Shown: positions 12,601 through 23,158, counted from the first letter of the stretch. The stretch: 64,000 nt of DNA from Phoronis australis (GCA_002633005.1 NMRA01000326.1:353456-417455), one strand, 5' to 3'. Numbers and translations: made by a program. The notes: generated from the letters alone by a model not told the origin.

Positions 12601-14453
12601 TTGCTCATTTCTGGACAACTAGTTAATGACAAACGTCCAATCTGGGGCTTGTCCAGGTATGCCCACCCACCATTCCAAAGATGGCGCTGTAAAAGAGTTG
12701 CTGTAGATGTTTTTTGTGTTGTCCAATGTTGAGAACGCTGTGTAATTTTAGGTGTACCCAACCAATCACACTGTACAAGGCACAATGGAAGTTCCCACAC
12801 AACATGATCAAGATTGGCCTGCAATGGTTCCTCACCAAGACTGGGGATGGCGCTACCACCCACCTGGAGTCGGGCTCGTTTATTCGAACAACAGATGATT
12901 ACGACCATCCAGACATTCAATACCATTTTCTGCCATCTGTTGTCATTGACCATGGACAAAAGATGGGTCACTGTCATGCATATCAAGTAGGTTATCATAT
13001 AGGTCATAGCCAACAAACGAAAAAATTCAGTCCTTTCATGCTATTATTTTAACTTTCCATGATTATTAGAAAAACACACGTTAGTACTAATGCCTTCTTC
13101 GATCACAGCATTTATTACTCTTTGCTCGATTTTGCCACCTAATGGGACTTCAGATTGTGTTAAGTGACGTGAGAAAATACCAAGTTGCCTTGAAATCGCC
13201 ACAATGAGTGTTAAGGTCATGATTCTGCACAAATTCATTTCAAAGTTTGTGGTGACTTCCAGACTTTAAATTACTAACAATGTTCCTACATTTAATACCT
13301 TTGGTTCACAATTGTTCCATTTAGTTTGTGAAATCACCCACTTATCAAACGTGCTTAAATTACAACAGGAGGGAAACGGACGAAAGCTGGAATTGTTCTG
13401 CAAAATTCGGGCGAGATTGGACCATGAAAGGCATGTTTTTTTGTCACCAAGTCACCAAATGCAAGTTGCATTGAACACTGTTACTAGTTCTGGCTGCTCT
13501 TCAATTTAAGCAAAGTTGACTGCTTCCAAAAAGAGCCCTCTGGAGGATTGTTTTGGTAAAAAGTGGTGGGGGTCTTTCAGAAACTTGTTTTGTGGGCCGC
13601 AACATCCTCATTGGCTTACAAGCTTTAACTTAATTGTATGTTATAAGAAGACTGTTTTACTTTATGGTCAGTTTGGCTGACAACACTTGTGTGGATTAGT
13701 TATCAATATGAAATATATTAAATATCAAAAATTGATAATAAATTGACGTATTGCCCCCCTTTTCCACATGTGCCGAGAGAACAAAACTGTACAGAACAAG
13801 CGTCATGAAGGTCTTTAGGAACTCGTTTCCAAAAGAGTCACCATAAAGCCTTTTCCATGTGGGCTCTTACATAACCCCAGCATAAAAGTGCCAGTTTAAT
13901 TTAAATATTTCTGTTTCAGGCCCATGCCAGCCCTATGAGACCTCTTAGTGCTGGAACGCTAAAACTGGCTTCACGTGACCCCAGAGACCACCCCATCATT
14001 GATCCCAACTATCTGGCCTGCGAGGAAGACGTGATCAATATTCGTGACTCGGTCAAGCGTGCCAGAGACATATTTGCTCAGAAGGCATTTGATCCATTCC
14101 GCGGAGAGGAGATCTGGCCTGGAAAACACATACAGAGCGATGCTGATCTCGACGCAGTTATCCGTGAAAAGACGGACAGTGCCTACCATCCATCGTGCAC
14201 ATGCAAAATGGGCGCAGAAACTGACCCCATGGCTGTCGTTGACTCACAGACGAGAGTCATTGGCATTGAAGGACTCCGTGTTGTTGATGCCTCAATAATG
14301 CCAAGTGTTGTGAGCGGCAACCTTAATGGGCCGACTGTCATGGTGGCTGAAAAAGCAGCGGACATTATACTGGGGAAAGCTCCCTTAGCAAGGTCTACAG
14401 CCCCAGTGTGGATGGCAGATGATGTTCGACAAAGACTGGGTGTCAGTTGTTAG
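3545..14453 (+). CDS. CHDH: Spliced gene: mitochondrial presequence + 2x HAD-family hydrolase + choline dehydrogenase (GMC oxidoreductase) fusion, 1139 aa
   Basis: Exons 3545-3623, 4855-5035, 6280-6404, 7024-7642, 8953-9130, 9433-10740, 11318-11478, 12752-12986, 13920-14453. All introns are GT-AG, phases match and the total is 3420 nt. HAD motifs: DKDGT/CTSD/KPSP/GDSLSD and DSHGT/CTSD/KPSP/GDTVAD. GMC motifs: [68 protein letters not shown]. Confidence 0.9.
4855..5035 (+). CDS. CHDH: HAD-HAD-CHDH coding exon 2 (HAD1 motif I)
   Basis: [21 protein letters not shown]; acceptor acttacgcag, donor gtgagt. Confidence 0.88.
5101..5222. repeat. Intronic imperfect palindrome (about 120 bp), MITE-like
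   Basis: Arms ataatatgcagaaa..gagtcat.actgaacttac..gaaaggcagtg and cactgccttc..gtaagttcagt.atgactc..tttctgcatattat. Confidence 0.8.
6280..6404 (+). CDS. CHDH: HAD-HAD-CHDH coding exon 3 (HAD1 cap region)
   Basis: [35 protein letters not shown] resembles exon 5 ([35 protein letters not shown]); phases 2 and 1 fit. Confidence 0.85.
6605..6868. repeat. 30-bp minisatellite, about 9 copies (intronic)
   Basis: Unit atgtgtgagatggttgctgcgtttgtgttc. Confidence 0.97.
7024..7642 (+). CDS. CHDH: HAD-HAD-CHDH coding exon 4 (HAD1 motifs II-IV, HAD2 motif I)
   Basis: [20 protein letters not shown], then [10 protein letters not shown]; donor gtaagt. Confidence 0.92.
8953..9130 (+). CDS. CHDH: HAD-HAD-CHDH coding exon 5 (HAD2 cap region)
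   Basis: Acceptor tcttctgacag, donor CAG|gtactc; paralogous to exon 3. Confidence 0.85.
9433..10740 (+). CDS. CHDH: HAD-HAD-CHDH coding exon 6 (HAD2 motifs II-IV, linker, GMC N-terminal FAD domain)
   Basis: One uninterrupted frame contains both HAD motifs and the GAGSAG Rossmann motif. Confidence 0.95.
11133..11286. mobile_element. Degenerate Tc1/mariner(pogo)-type MITE
   Basis: ta|cagtcaactcgcatta ... taactcgggctgactg|tg, imperfect TIRs. Confidence 0.45.
11318..11478 (+). CDS. CHDH: HAD-HAD-CHDH coding exon 7
   Basis: [20 protein letters not shown]...[12 protein letters not shown], the GMC signature 2 region. Confidence 0.93.
11727..12137. repeat. 34-bp minisatellite, about 12 copies (intronic)
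   Basis: Unit cctgctctatatacgcagtgcacaagtatcatgt, with variants. Confidence 0.95.
12752..12986 (+). CDS. CHDH: HAD-HAD-CHDH coding exon 8
   Basis: [26 protein letters not shown]...[17 protein letters not shown], typical of animal CHDH. Confidence 0.92.
13920..14453 (+). CDS. CHDH: HAD-HAD-CHDH coding exon 9 (GMC C-terminal domain, catalytic His/Asn)
   Basis: [12 protein letters not shown]...[12 protein letters not shown]...[18 protein letters not shown]; TAG stop. Confidence 0.95.
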   Translation, partial: AHASPMRPLSAGTLKLASRDPRDHPIIDPNYLACEEDVINIRDSVKRARDIFAQKAFDPFRGEEIWPGKHIQSDADLDAVIREKTDSAYHPSCTCKMGAETDPMAVVDSQTRVIGIEGLRVVDASIMPSVVSGNLNGPTVMVAEKAADIILGKAPLARSTAPVWMADDVRQRLGVSC

Positions 14454-17438
14454 TACTGTCGATGCCGTTTGTTAGTAACAAAATGTGAGTGTACATGTGA
14501 GTGTACAGCATGGGTGGTGCACCTCAAGAAACTTGGTCAATTCCACTACAATATGCCAGTGTTTTGTTTGGTACGTTTTGTGAACTCTTTTATGTGTTCA
14601 CTTAAGAAAGTTGCTTGTACGATTTCTTTAGTTAAAACTTCAGCTAAACACCTTATATTAACTCTTGATCTTGTATTTGTGTGACTACTTTAGGTCTTGT
14701 GGAGAAACAGTGAACAGAATTATGAAGCTTCTCAAAATAAATGGGGGTGGTATTATGTGTGGGAACAGCTTCCTGTTATTGTTCTAATTAATACAGTCTC
14801 TTATAATAATTTCTTTAAACTTCCTATGCTTATCATGTGTCCCTTATTTTCTCTAACAGTCTGTACTGACTATTTAATATTCTGACGGCTAGGTAACAAT
14901 TTTCAGTGTGTGCCTAGCAAATAATTAAAATTCCTTTCAAATATGTACTCTTGTCACATCAGGCAGTCATGATCCTCGACCTTTTATTTAAAAAATAAAT
15001 ATTGCCAGTGGCCTGGTGCACGATATATCAGGTGTGCGCAGGCTGATCAGCTGGGACCATTGCACCTTTTATTTTGCAGGTTATTCACGTTCAGTGTTTT
15101 CACCAATGCTATTTATACTTTCATTTATTCGGTGGCCTACTGTCTATTGTGACCTGGCATCACTGGATAACTCTCGATTGTTACATTGTTTAACATGAAA
15201 CATGATAATGCCATATCATTGTGATTCACCACATAACTTACACAACCTGGGTGTTAATTTACAAGTAGCATTACAAAAACGCCATATTCATTTAAAAGTT
15301 TGCAGTTCTATCCATTAGTAAAGCCCTCTTCAATTCTGGTAGATGTCTTTCCCAGTTTGGGTTTCCAAATATCACCTAAAAGTAAATAGTCATTTGAGGG
15401 AAATGGCTTTTGGCAATGGGCAAGGTTCAGTGGTTGTTGTTGAGGACATGCAGAGCTAAGCATTGTATTGGTGTTGTGAGAAGTTTGTAGTAGTATGCTG
15501 TCTTGTGGTTAGAATGTCTGATACAGTCGACATTAAAAATAATAAAGAGCATGACGTCACTCTCTTTACATTTCCATTATCAGTTGATGAGCTAAAAAGT
15601 CGTTTTTGCCATCTTGCTGACGGTTGTTAGGGCAGCAATTGTTTCATTCTTACTATTAAACTCCGGCTTATGGATCGGCAAACAATAACTCGTCTGCTGA
15701 CCATTTCACACGGATCTCAAATTGTTCCTTACTCAGTTTGAGGTGGATGCCTGGGCGTGGAAAGAGCTGACATTTCGTCATTGCACGTGACTAGGCCCAA
15801 TAAACTGGCTGGTCTCGAGGGTCGTTTTGTGCCGGAAGCATCGGCCACCACCACTGTTAGTTCATCAAAAACCCACACGTCACTTAATCTCGGTAAACGA
15901 TTTGAAATCACATTTATAATGACCAGCCTCCCGTTCAGTAACATTAGGAGCTCGCTAAAAAACAAGGCTTCGCGAGATTACGTGAGATATTGCCGTGCAT
16001 TTTAAATGAGAAAACGTGACTTTGACTAGGTTTTAGCTAGGTCCCAGCGTAGGTCCTTGCGTCTACTGAACGCACGCCAGTTCTTTAAATCATTTTTGAC
16101 AGGAAGCTAGTTTATATCATCTTTAAAATTAATTTGTAAAGTTAGTTACTAAGTCCTTTGTGAAGCCTGAATAATTGCTATCCATGCAAATTTAACATCA
16201 TCTTTATTGCCAGTATTAAGTCGTACAAAATTAATGTCTACACAACAGTTGACTAGGGACCACGGAGATGTACTCGCTTGACTACATCTATGTAACTGTC
16301 GCGCGGTGTTATTAACTTCATATACATACATGTAGTAGTATTGAAACGACACGATAACTACTTCTGTAAGAAAAATAGCATCCTCGCTTCACAATGCAAT
16401 GGGTTCGATTCGAAGTCGACGACAGTGACTTGTTATTTTGGCAAAAACCTGCCGCACAAATTGTTGCACAAGTCCATCGGTTCGCTTCTCGCATTTTATT
16501 TTTGAACAATATCTTATAACAAAAACATCTTACTAGCTAGTATTATTCATGAGTTATTATCATATAGAACATACAGGATAAACTATTAAGCTCTCGATCG
16601 TCACAACTGAAACTTTATATCCTCTCCTATTCTAAGGGTAAATCAGTGTCGTTTGTAGATACAACCAATAACTGAAGCAGACACAACAGTCACGTTGTGC
16701 GACTGCAACCAAACATAGGAAGTTCAATTCTCAAAATGAACATCAATGAGAATTTTTAAACGAGGAGTTGAAAAATGACTTCGTTGCCCACAACCAGTTT
16801 TAAAATAAATCAAAACCATGGAAAATTGATACAGACTCGCGCCACCAACAATCTTAATTAAAATAACACGTGACTTAAGTGGGTTAGAAAGCGAATGCAG
16901 GGCAACTAAAATGACCCAGAAGAAATTTATTAGTTGATGCACTAAACTCTGGTACTTTATTCGAGGAACACGTCGCTATTCTCAGCACACTCCGGAACGT
17001 CGTCCTTTGAATCTGGCTCACGTAAACCAACAGATAGTTGACGTAAATGAACGATTTGTAAGCTGCAACAGAATAAGAAATAATAAACACGTCATGTATT
17101 AAACGACACTCAGCAAATAAAAAGCAAAAAGCGTCTTTAATTCATTTTTCGCCCACAAATTTGAATTTCAGACAGAACGAGTCACAACTATTTCCAGACA
17201 ATGATTAACTGTCATTACCGTGTTTGTAAAGGGTGTGAAAACAAATGTCTTCATCGACAGTCTGAAGAGCAAGGTTTCAGAAAGAATTAGTTTCAACATT
17301 TCTGATACGGCTTTGTACCCTTTGACAATAGAGTGGCATGGGATTAAAAAAAAAAACATTATCAGTAGTTCATACGGTAACAACAACAAAAACAATATAA
17401 ACAAATAACACAATTATTCTGTTTTTAACTTGAAATCG

Positions 17439-17528
17439 GATATACTCTATAGATATACTCTATAGATATACTCTATAGATATACTCTATAGATATACTCT
17501 GTAGATATACTCTATAGATATACTCTAC
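17439..17528. repeat. 13-bp tandem repeat, about 7 copies
   Basis: Unit gatatactctata. Confidence 0.95.
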
Positions 17529-17970
17529 TGGCATGGACAACAAGTGCACTAATTCTCATCTTCATTGCTAAAACAACCCAGGCGGTCACTGCGTTTTACG
17601 CTTGACACTATTTCAGAGGTACCATAGAATCACACACGAACGCTTTATCGTTTGGTGGTCCGCGCGTATCATTCGGATGCTCGTGTGTATGATTTTTGTT
17701 CGTATGCGTGATTTTTGTAGTTCGTGCGTATGATTTTTGTACTTCGTGCGCACGATACTTTGTTCTTATACGTGATTTTTGGGTTCGTATGCATGATTCA
17801 TAGGTTCGAAGGTGGTTGGTGCGATGCTCGTGCGTATGATTCTATGGAACCTCTGGATTTGGCCTGCTGTCAAATACTCCTGGTTATGCCAATGAAAAAG
17901 ACAAATTTTAAGCAATAACAGAAGCTCACATTAACTATGTGACGAGGAATGAAAAACAAGCTTACCTTAA

Positions 17971-20900
17971 CTATGTGACGAGGAAGACCATAATAACGTG
18001 TCCATTGATGACAGAATTGTTTTTCTGTCTGATAACGTTACTAGCAGTGGCCGGTGTAGCGAACGCAACCATCGCCTCCCCGGTTGGCAAGCCGTTGTGG
18101 TTGAAGTTCAGGCGTGCTGTCTCTGCTATCGGTTGGAACTCACGGAGGAACCCGATTACGTTATTAACTGTGACAGGAGGTGGCAGATTCTTCATTCCCA
18201 CCATACATCGGTTCGCGACGAACCTGTCAAGGTTAACTTCACTCCTAGATGGCGTTGGCAGAACCCCAGGTTTTGGCTGTGTCGGCTTGTTACTTGCAAT
18301 AGGGACAAGTGGCTTTAACTTCGGAAGTTGTTTTATTTGAGGCGTTTCCAACAAAGGCTCGCTGCTTTTAGCTGACGCAGCAAGGGCAGGGTTCTCTTCA
18401 GTTGCCTTCCCAAACTTTGTCTGGTCACTCTGAGTAACCCTATTTCCTTCCACGGGTTTTGACACAGTCTTCTCCGGACGAATATCGGGGCCAGATTCGA
18501 TGCATTTTTTCGCCTCTTCTTTTTCAATGGCCCGAATTCCAATAACGTTGTCACCTATTTTGTTTGTCTGGTGAAGGCCAAGAGAACGTTTGCGAGCAGC
18601 TGGTGTTTTGAACTCCAAATAGGCTGTTCCTATGCTGCCGTTCTCCCTGTTGTTCTTAACATACGGAATATACAGGGACGAAGGAATCAATTCAAAACCT
18701 TTAAAAAAGGTGAAGACGTCGCTTTTATTAACGCGAAAAGGAAGGTTATCAAGTACTATCCATGTCCCATCTTCACTACTGCTCGTGTTTTTGGAGTCGG
18801 ATGTGCGAGACGAACTGCTGTCACTTTTGGACTTAGATGGGAGCGACGAACTCACGTTTGTTTTGGAGTCAGGTGTGCGCAGCGCACCACTGTTCATTTT
18901 AGAATTAGAGGGGCGCGAGGAACTTCTGTCAGGTTTAGACTCAGATGAGCGCGGCAAACTAATGTTGGGTTTGGAATCGGATGGGCGTGACGAACTACTG
19001 TTGGCTTTTGAGTCCGACGGACACGACGAACTTGTGTCATTTGTTTTGGAGTCAGAAGAGCGCGACGAACTACTTTCTTTTGGTTTCTTTGCCGGCGAAG
19101 GGTCTTCACTTTTCAAAGCAATATCTCCGTTTTCATAATCTTCGGCACTACAACGCTGTACATGCAACGCTTTATCATGCAACCGCTCACCACTAAATCC
19201 AATTGCTCGTTGTAGGTCTCGTTCAAACGGAAACTTAAGAAGTGCGAAACCATCAGGGTATTTCTTTGTGTCTAGATTGTACATTTTGATATTAGTAATA
19301 ACGACACCGCCAAAGAATCTGCGTATATCTCTGTAATTTGCTCTTGGGTGAACACCAGTTATCTTTGCATAAGTGGATGGACTGCGGGCACGACGTCGGT
19401 TACTTCTCTCATTTTTGTCTAAGTCTGATCTATCCCTGCTTCTCGACCGCTTACGAGGGGAACGATCTCTTCGCTTGTCCCGCTCAGTACTGCGCTGGCT
19501 GCGATCGGAACCGCGACGATCGTGATCGGAACTCCTGCGGTCGCGATCAGAACTTCGCCTGCCAGGATCAGGATTCCTTAAATGCGACCTGTCCTGGTCT
19601 GGCGCTGGTAACAGACCACCACGGTCACTTCGTTCATCTAGCAGCTTTCGAGAAGGACTTAGCTTACTTGGCCCTTGCTGATTTCGTCGAGCAGACGGAC
19701 TGCGATCCGGCGTAGGCAACAACGGTACAAGTCCGCCTTTAGATTCATCATGCTGAACAGAATGCAAGTCATCTCTGTCTAATAACGGTCTAATGCCTTT
19801 TCTCTGTGACGTGCTGTTACCCAATTCTGGGGGACCACTGCGAATGTCTTTGTCCGAATGATCAAATTTATCCATCGGTGACCCGTTTCCAACTTCTACA
19901 TCTATTGATCGCATAGGTAAACCGTCTCTTCCCAGAAGAGACATGCTTCTTCCAACACGCGGACCATCTCTTCCCATAGGCAAGCCTTCTCTTCTTATTA
20001 GGGGCTCGTCTCTTCCCATCGGTGGACCATCTCCAACCATAAGCGAATGAGCTCTTCCCATCGGCGGCCCTTCCCTTCTCCCAGTCTGTGGATCACCTCT
20101 ACCGATCAGCTGATCATCCCTACCCAATGGCAGCCCACTTCTACTCATATGCGACCCACTTCTTTCCATCTGTGGTGCACCTCTGTCTGAGGGCAGCAAG
20201 TCTCTGCCCACTGGCAGATTATCTCTTTCACGCAGCTGCTGGTTTATGTTTGTTGGTGACCTACCTCTTCTCATCAAAGGCCCATCCCCATCTCTGTTCA
20301 TCGAGTCACTGGCTCTGTTTGTGAGCAATGAACCATCACTTCTATTTGTCTGCACATCTCTGCCTACAAATCGCCCACCCCTGTTCAGAAGTGGTCCATC
20401 TCTTCTCATTGACGGTTCATCTCTTCCTAATGGCAGATTATCTCTCAATGATACTCCATCTCTTTCCGTTGGCTGTCCACCTCTTCCCAATGGCAAGTCT
20501 CCTCTCTCCACTGGCGGACCATTTCCTCCAATATGCAGATCATCTCTTCTCACTGGAGGACCATCTCTGTCCATCAGCGGTCTATCTCGTCTCATTGGGG
20601 GCCCATCTCTTGCCACTGGCGAACCGCTTCGTCCCACTGGTAGCCCACTTCTTTCCATAGGCGGTCCATCCCTACCGAGTGGCGGCCCATCTCGTCTCAA
20701 CGGCGGCCCATCCCGTAACATTGACACTCCATCTCTACCAAATACCGGCGCACCTGTTCCTACCGGCAGCCGATCTCTCGGCCCAACTCCTCGCCTCGGC
20801 ACCGATCCTTCTCTACTAGTTACCTTTCCATCTCTTGTCATTGGTGCCCCGTGCTGTTCATTTCCTCTCATTTGTACACCATCTCTGTCCAAATTGCTTT

Positions 20901-22659
20901 CCCAACCGCCCATACTAACGTGTCTGCTATCCTTGTCAAGAAGTGGAGTACTTCTGTTACTCAATGGTACGTCCCTACCCAACTGTGGACCTCCTCTCCC
21001 AACAGATATGCCATCTCCACTCGACGAGATTTCCTTATCACGACGTCCTTCTCGTCGCATTCGATCAGCACCCATGTGCATCATTGGACTATCGTGCTCC
21101 CAGTCGAAATCTTTTTGTTCTTCACTGTTCCTGTTTGGTGGCATTCCTGTTTGGCTGCCGGGATGCGGACTTCCTTCAGACCCATCAAACGGAGGTCCAT
21201 CTCGCGGACCACCAACAAAGGGATGGTTCCTGTTGTTTGAAGGATCATTTCTCATAATGGACGAACCTGTTTGACGTTTCCACGGTCCTCCATCATTTCT
21301 GTTCGGAGTCGTCGTCACTGAAAAGCTTTGCTTTACTTCCTCATGGCGAGACATTTCCCTTCGTCTGTCGCCTGGACTAGGCTGGTTGTTAAGGTCAGGG
21401 CGATTTGGAAAACCTCCAGGATTTCCGAGTAAGCTTGGCAGTTTTTTTAACGCGGTTCCAATGTCGTCGCTGTCTTGAACAGGTCCTCTGTTGCTAAAAT
21501 CGGGCGAATGTGGCGGTCGGTTGTAGTCGTCAGAGAGAAGAAGTTGGTCTCCTCGATTACGTTCTGCTTGTAATGTCTGCTGTGGTCCTAATCTAGGGTC
21601 TCGCACCCCAGGCATATGGTCAGAAGGAGTATTTAACAAACCGGGTGTGTGCTGGTGGCGTTGCAATCCCCTCGGGTCATTTTGTAGGTGAATGTCGTCC
21701 TTTCCGTTTCCCCGATACTCTATGTCGTCATTTAAGCGCGTGTTCCTAGACTGCTGTGGGCTGTTGAGGTCTTCTGACCGACCATGCCACAAGCGTTGCG
21801 AATCACGTGCGTCAGCTTCTGAAGTGCGATCCCGAGGAAAATGCGAAGACATTGGACCAGTTTGTTGCCTGGGGAACTGATGCCCCTGTCGATCGTTCAG
21901 TTTGTTGAAACTTTGACGATCAAATAAAGTCGAAGCAACTCTATCGTCGTTATACGAAGACTGTTTGCTGAATTGACCAGCATAGCCGCGTTCCTTCTGG
22001 TTGTCTGACTCACGGGTGTACTGCATTCCGTACATAGTTTGTCTCTGTTTATAGTTAGCTGCAGATTGCCACTCGTTCTGGACAGCACCTTCAATGGACG
22101 TCTCCCGAGCGCCTAGCGTTTGTTCGTTGGACTGGTAAAGTGGGTCGTGTGATTCATCGGAAAAACGGTCGACACGAGGTCGGTCCTGATGATAACCAAG
22201 CACGCTATCCAATCTGACATCAGTAGTTGGCGCGAGCTGTTCTCTGTATATGACGTCAGCGTCTGCTTCTCGTTGCTGTTGGTAGTAATTAGGGTAGTCG
22301 TTATCTCGGGCTGAGGGCGCAGCTGTGTAATTCTGAAACTGATCGTACGAGGACGGGTCGACCAAGGATGTATTCTCCTCGGGTGATGTTTTCTTGGCGC
22401 GGGCTGACGCTATGACATTCTGCATCTCAGTCTTGCTGCTTAGAAGCAGTCGTACGGCACACTCGTTCAGCAGCCTACCGTTTAGCATCATCGCCTGGCG
22501 AGCGTCCTCGTCAGTGCTGAACGCAATGAAGGCATCACCCATTTCACCGCCAATAATGTGTACACCTCCGTCGGGAATGGACAGGCCGTGGAAAAACTGG
22601 CGGATGTCGAGAGCACTCGCTGCCCACGACAGATTCTGTAGTCGGATAATCACAGACAT
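17971..22659 (-). CDS. RBM12: RNA-binding protein 12/12B-like, single coding exon, 1562 aa, about 4 RRMs
   Basis: The N-terminal RRM MSVIIRLQNLSWAASALDIRQFFHGLSIPDGGVHIIGGEMGDAFIAFSTDEDARQAM matches the RBM12-family RRM1. Further RRMs begin at TYAKITG, WIVLDNLPF and MVGMKNLP. A 3' splice site (tttttgttgcag) lies 17 nt upstream of the ATG, so the exon starts at 22676. Confidence 0.92.
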   Translation of the reverse strand: MSVIIRLQNLSWAASALDIRQFFHGLSIPDGGVHIIGGEMGDAFIAFSTDEDARQAMMLNGRLLNECAVRLLLSSKTEMQNVIASARAKKTSPEENTSLVDPSSYDQFQNYTAAPSARDNDYPNYYQQQREADADVIYREQLAPTTDVRLDSVLGYHQDRPRVDRFSDESHDPLYQSNEQTLGARETSIEGAVQNEWQSAANYKQRQTMYGMQYTRESDNQKERGYAGQFSKQSSYNDDRVASTLFDRQSFNKLNDRQGHQFPRQQTGPMSSHFPRDRTSEADARDSQRLWHGRSEDLNSPQQSRNTRLNDDIEYRGNGKDDIHLQNDPRGLQRHQHTPGLLNTPSDHMPGVRDPRLGPQQTLQAERNRGDQLLLSDDYNRPPHSPDFSNRGPVQDSDDIGTALKKLPSLLGNPGGFPNRPDLNNQPSPGDRRREMSRHEEVKQSFSVTTTPNRNDGGPWKRQTGSSIMRNDPSNNRNHPFVGGPRDGPPFDGSEGSPHPGSQTGMPPNRNSEEQKDFDWEHDSPMMHMGADRMRREGRRDKEISSSGDGISVGRGGPQLGRDVPLSNRSTPLLDKDSRHVSMGGWESNLDRDGVQMRGNEQHGAPMTRDGKVTSREGSVPRRGVGPRDRLPVGTGAPVFGRDGVSMLRDGPPLRRDGPPLGRDGPPMERSGLPVGRSGSPVARDGPPMRRDRPLMDRDGPPVRRDDLHIGGNGPPVERGDLPLGRGGQPTERDGVSLRDNLPLGRDEPSMRRDGPLLNRGGRFVGRDVQTNRSDGSLLTNRASDSMNRDGDGPLMRRGRSPTNINQQLRERDNLPVGRDLLPSDRGAPQMERSGSHMSRSGLPLGRDDQLIGRGDPQTGRREGPPMGRAHSLMVGDGPPMGRDEPLIRREGLPMGRDGPRVGRSMSLLGRDGLPMRSIDVEVGNGSPMDKFDHSDKDIRSGPPELGNSTSQRKGIRPLLDRDDLHSVQHDESKGGLVPLLPTPDRSPSARRNQQGPSKLSPSRKLLDERSDRGGLLPAPDQDRSHLRNPDPGRRSSDRDRRSSDHDRRGSDRSQRSTERDKRRDRSPRKRSRSRDRSDLDKNERSNRRRARSPSTYAKITGVHPRANYRDIRRFFGGVVITNIKMYNLDTKKYPDGFALLKFPFERDLQRAIGFSGERLHDKALHVQRCSAEDYENGDIALKSEDPSPAKKPKESSSSRSSDSKTNDTSSSCPSDSKANSSSSRPSDSKPNISLPRSSESKPDRSSSRPSNSKMNSGALRTPDSKTNVSSSLPSKSKSDSSSSRTSDSKNTSSSEDGTWIVLDNLPFRVNKSDVFTFFKGFELIPSSLYIPYVKNNRENGSIGTAYLEFKTPAARKRSLGLHQTNKIGDNVIGIRAIEKEEAKKCIESGPDIRPEKTVSKPVEGNRVTQSDQTKFGKATEENPALAASAKSSEPLLETPQIKQLPKLKPLVPIASNKPTQPKPGVLPTPSRSEVNLDRFVANRCMVGMKNLPPPVTVNNVIGFLREFQPIAETARLNFNHNGLPTGEAMVAFATPATASNVIRQKNNSVINGHVIMVFLVT

Positions 22660-22718
22660 CTTTCATTCGTCTATACCTGCAACAAAAAGAAAATGGTCAG
22701 CGACTAGTAATAGATTAA

Positions 22719-23158
22719 AGTGCCGTCCGGACTTAACTTGTTCTAGGGTAAGTTCTTGTTCGTACCCTAGAACGAGTTACTCCTAGAACGAGTTGCCGCT
22801 AGGTTTGGTGGCTATGTGGACGCTATTTAAAGCGGTGCAACTTATCCCACTAGTGACAACTTACTCCACCATATCGAGGTTGGGTAACTTGTTCTAGGGT
22901 AACTTGCGCCACTTTTAATTCCTGTATGGCCGCAAACTTGGGGCAAGGCGGAAGTAAACATCAGTTGTAGTTACATACAGACCGGTCTTCTTCTGCGCAC
23001 CCTATTCGCATTAGCTGTTCATTGTCGTGCACAGAGCGACAACTTCCGCCTTACCCTAGTTATCGGATATGTGTGTGTGCGTGTGCACACTCCCTTTAAA
23101 GTGGGGCAAGTTAAACTAGTGCAAGTCGTTCTAGGGAAGTCTCTGTGCGGACGGGACT
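22719..23158. mobile_element. MITE, probably PIF/Harbinger type
   Basis: TIRs agtgccgtccggac / gtgcggacgggact; flanks taa / caa; internal inverted ggcggaagt / acttccgcc and repeated ttctaggg motifs. Confidence 0.6.

Noticed and set aside
15540-15640. SECIS-like ATGA...GA pattern in the 3' region
   Set aside because: No in-frame TGA in either flanking CDS and no convincing stem.
20246-21274. 342-aa plus-strand ORF and other ORFs antisense to RBM12
   Set aside because: Shadow frames of the repetitive G/R/D/P-coding strand; no independent motifs.
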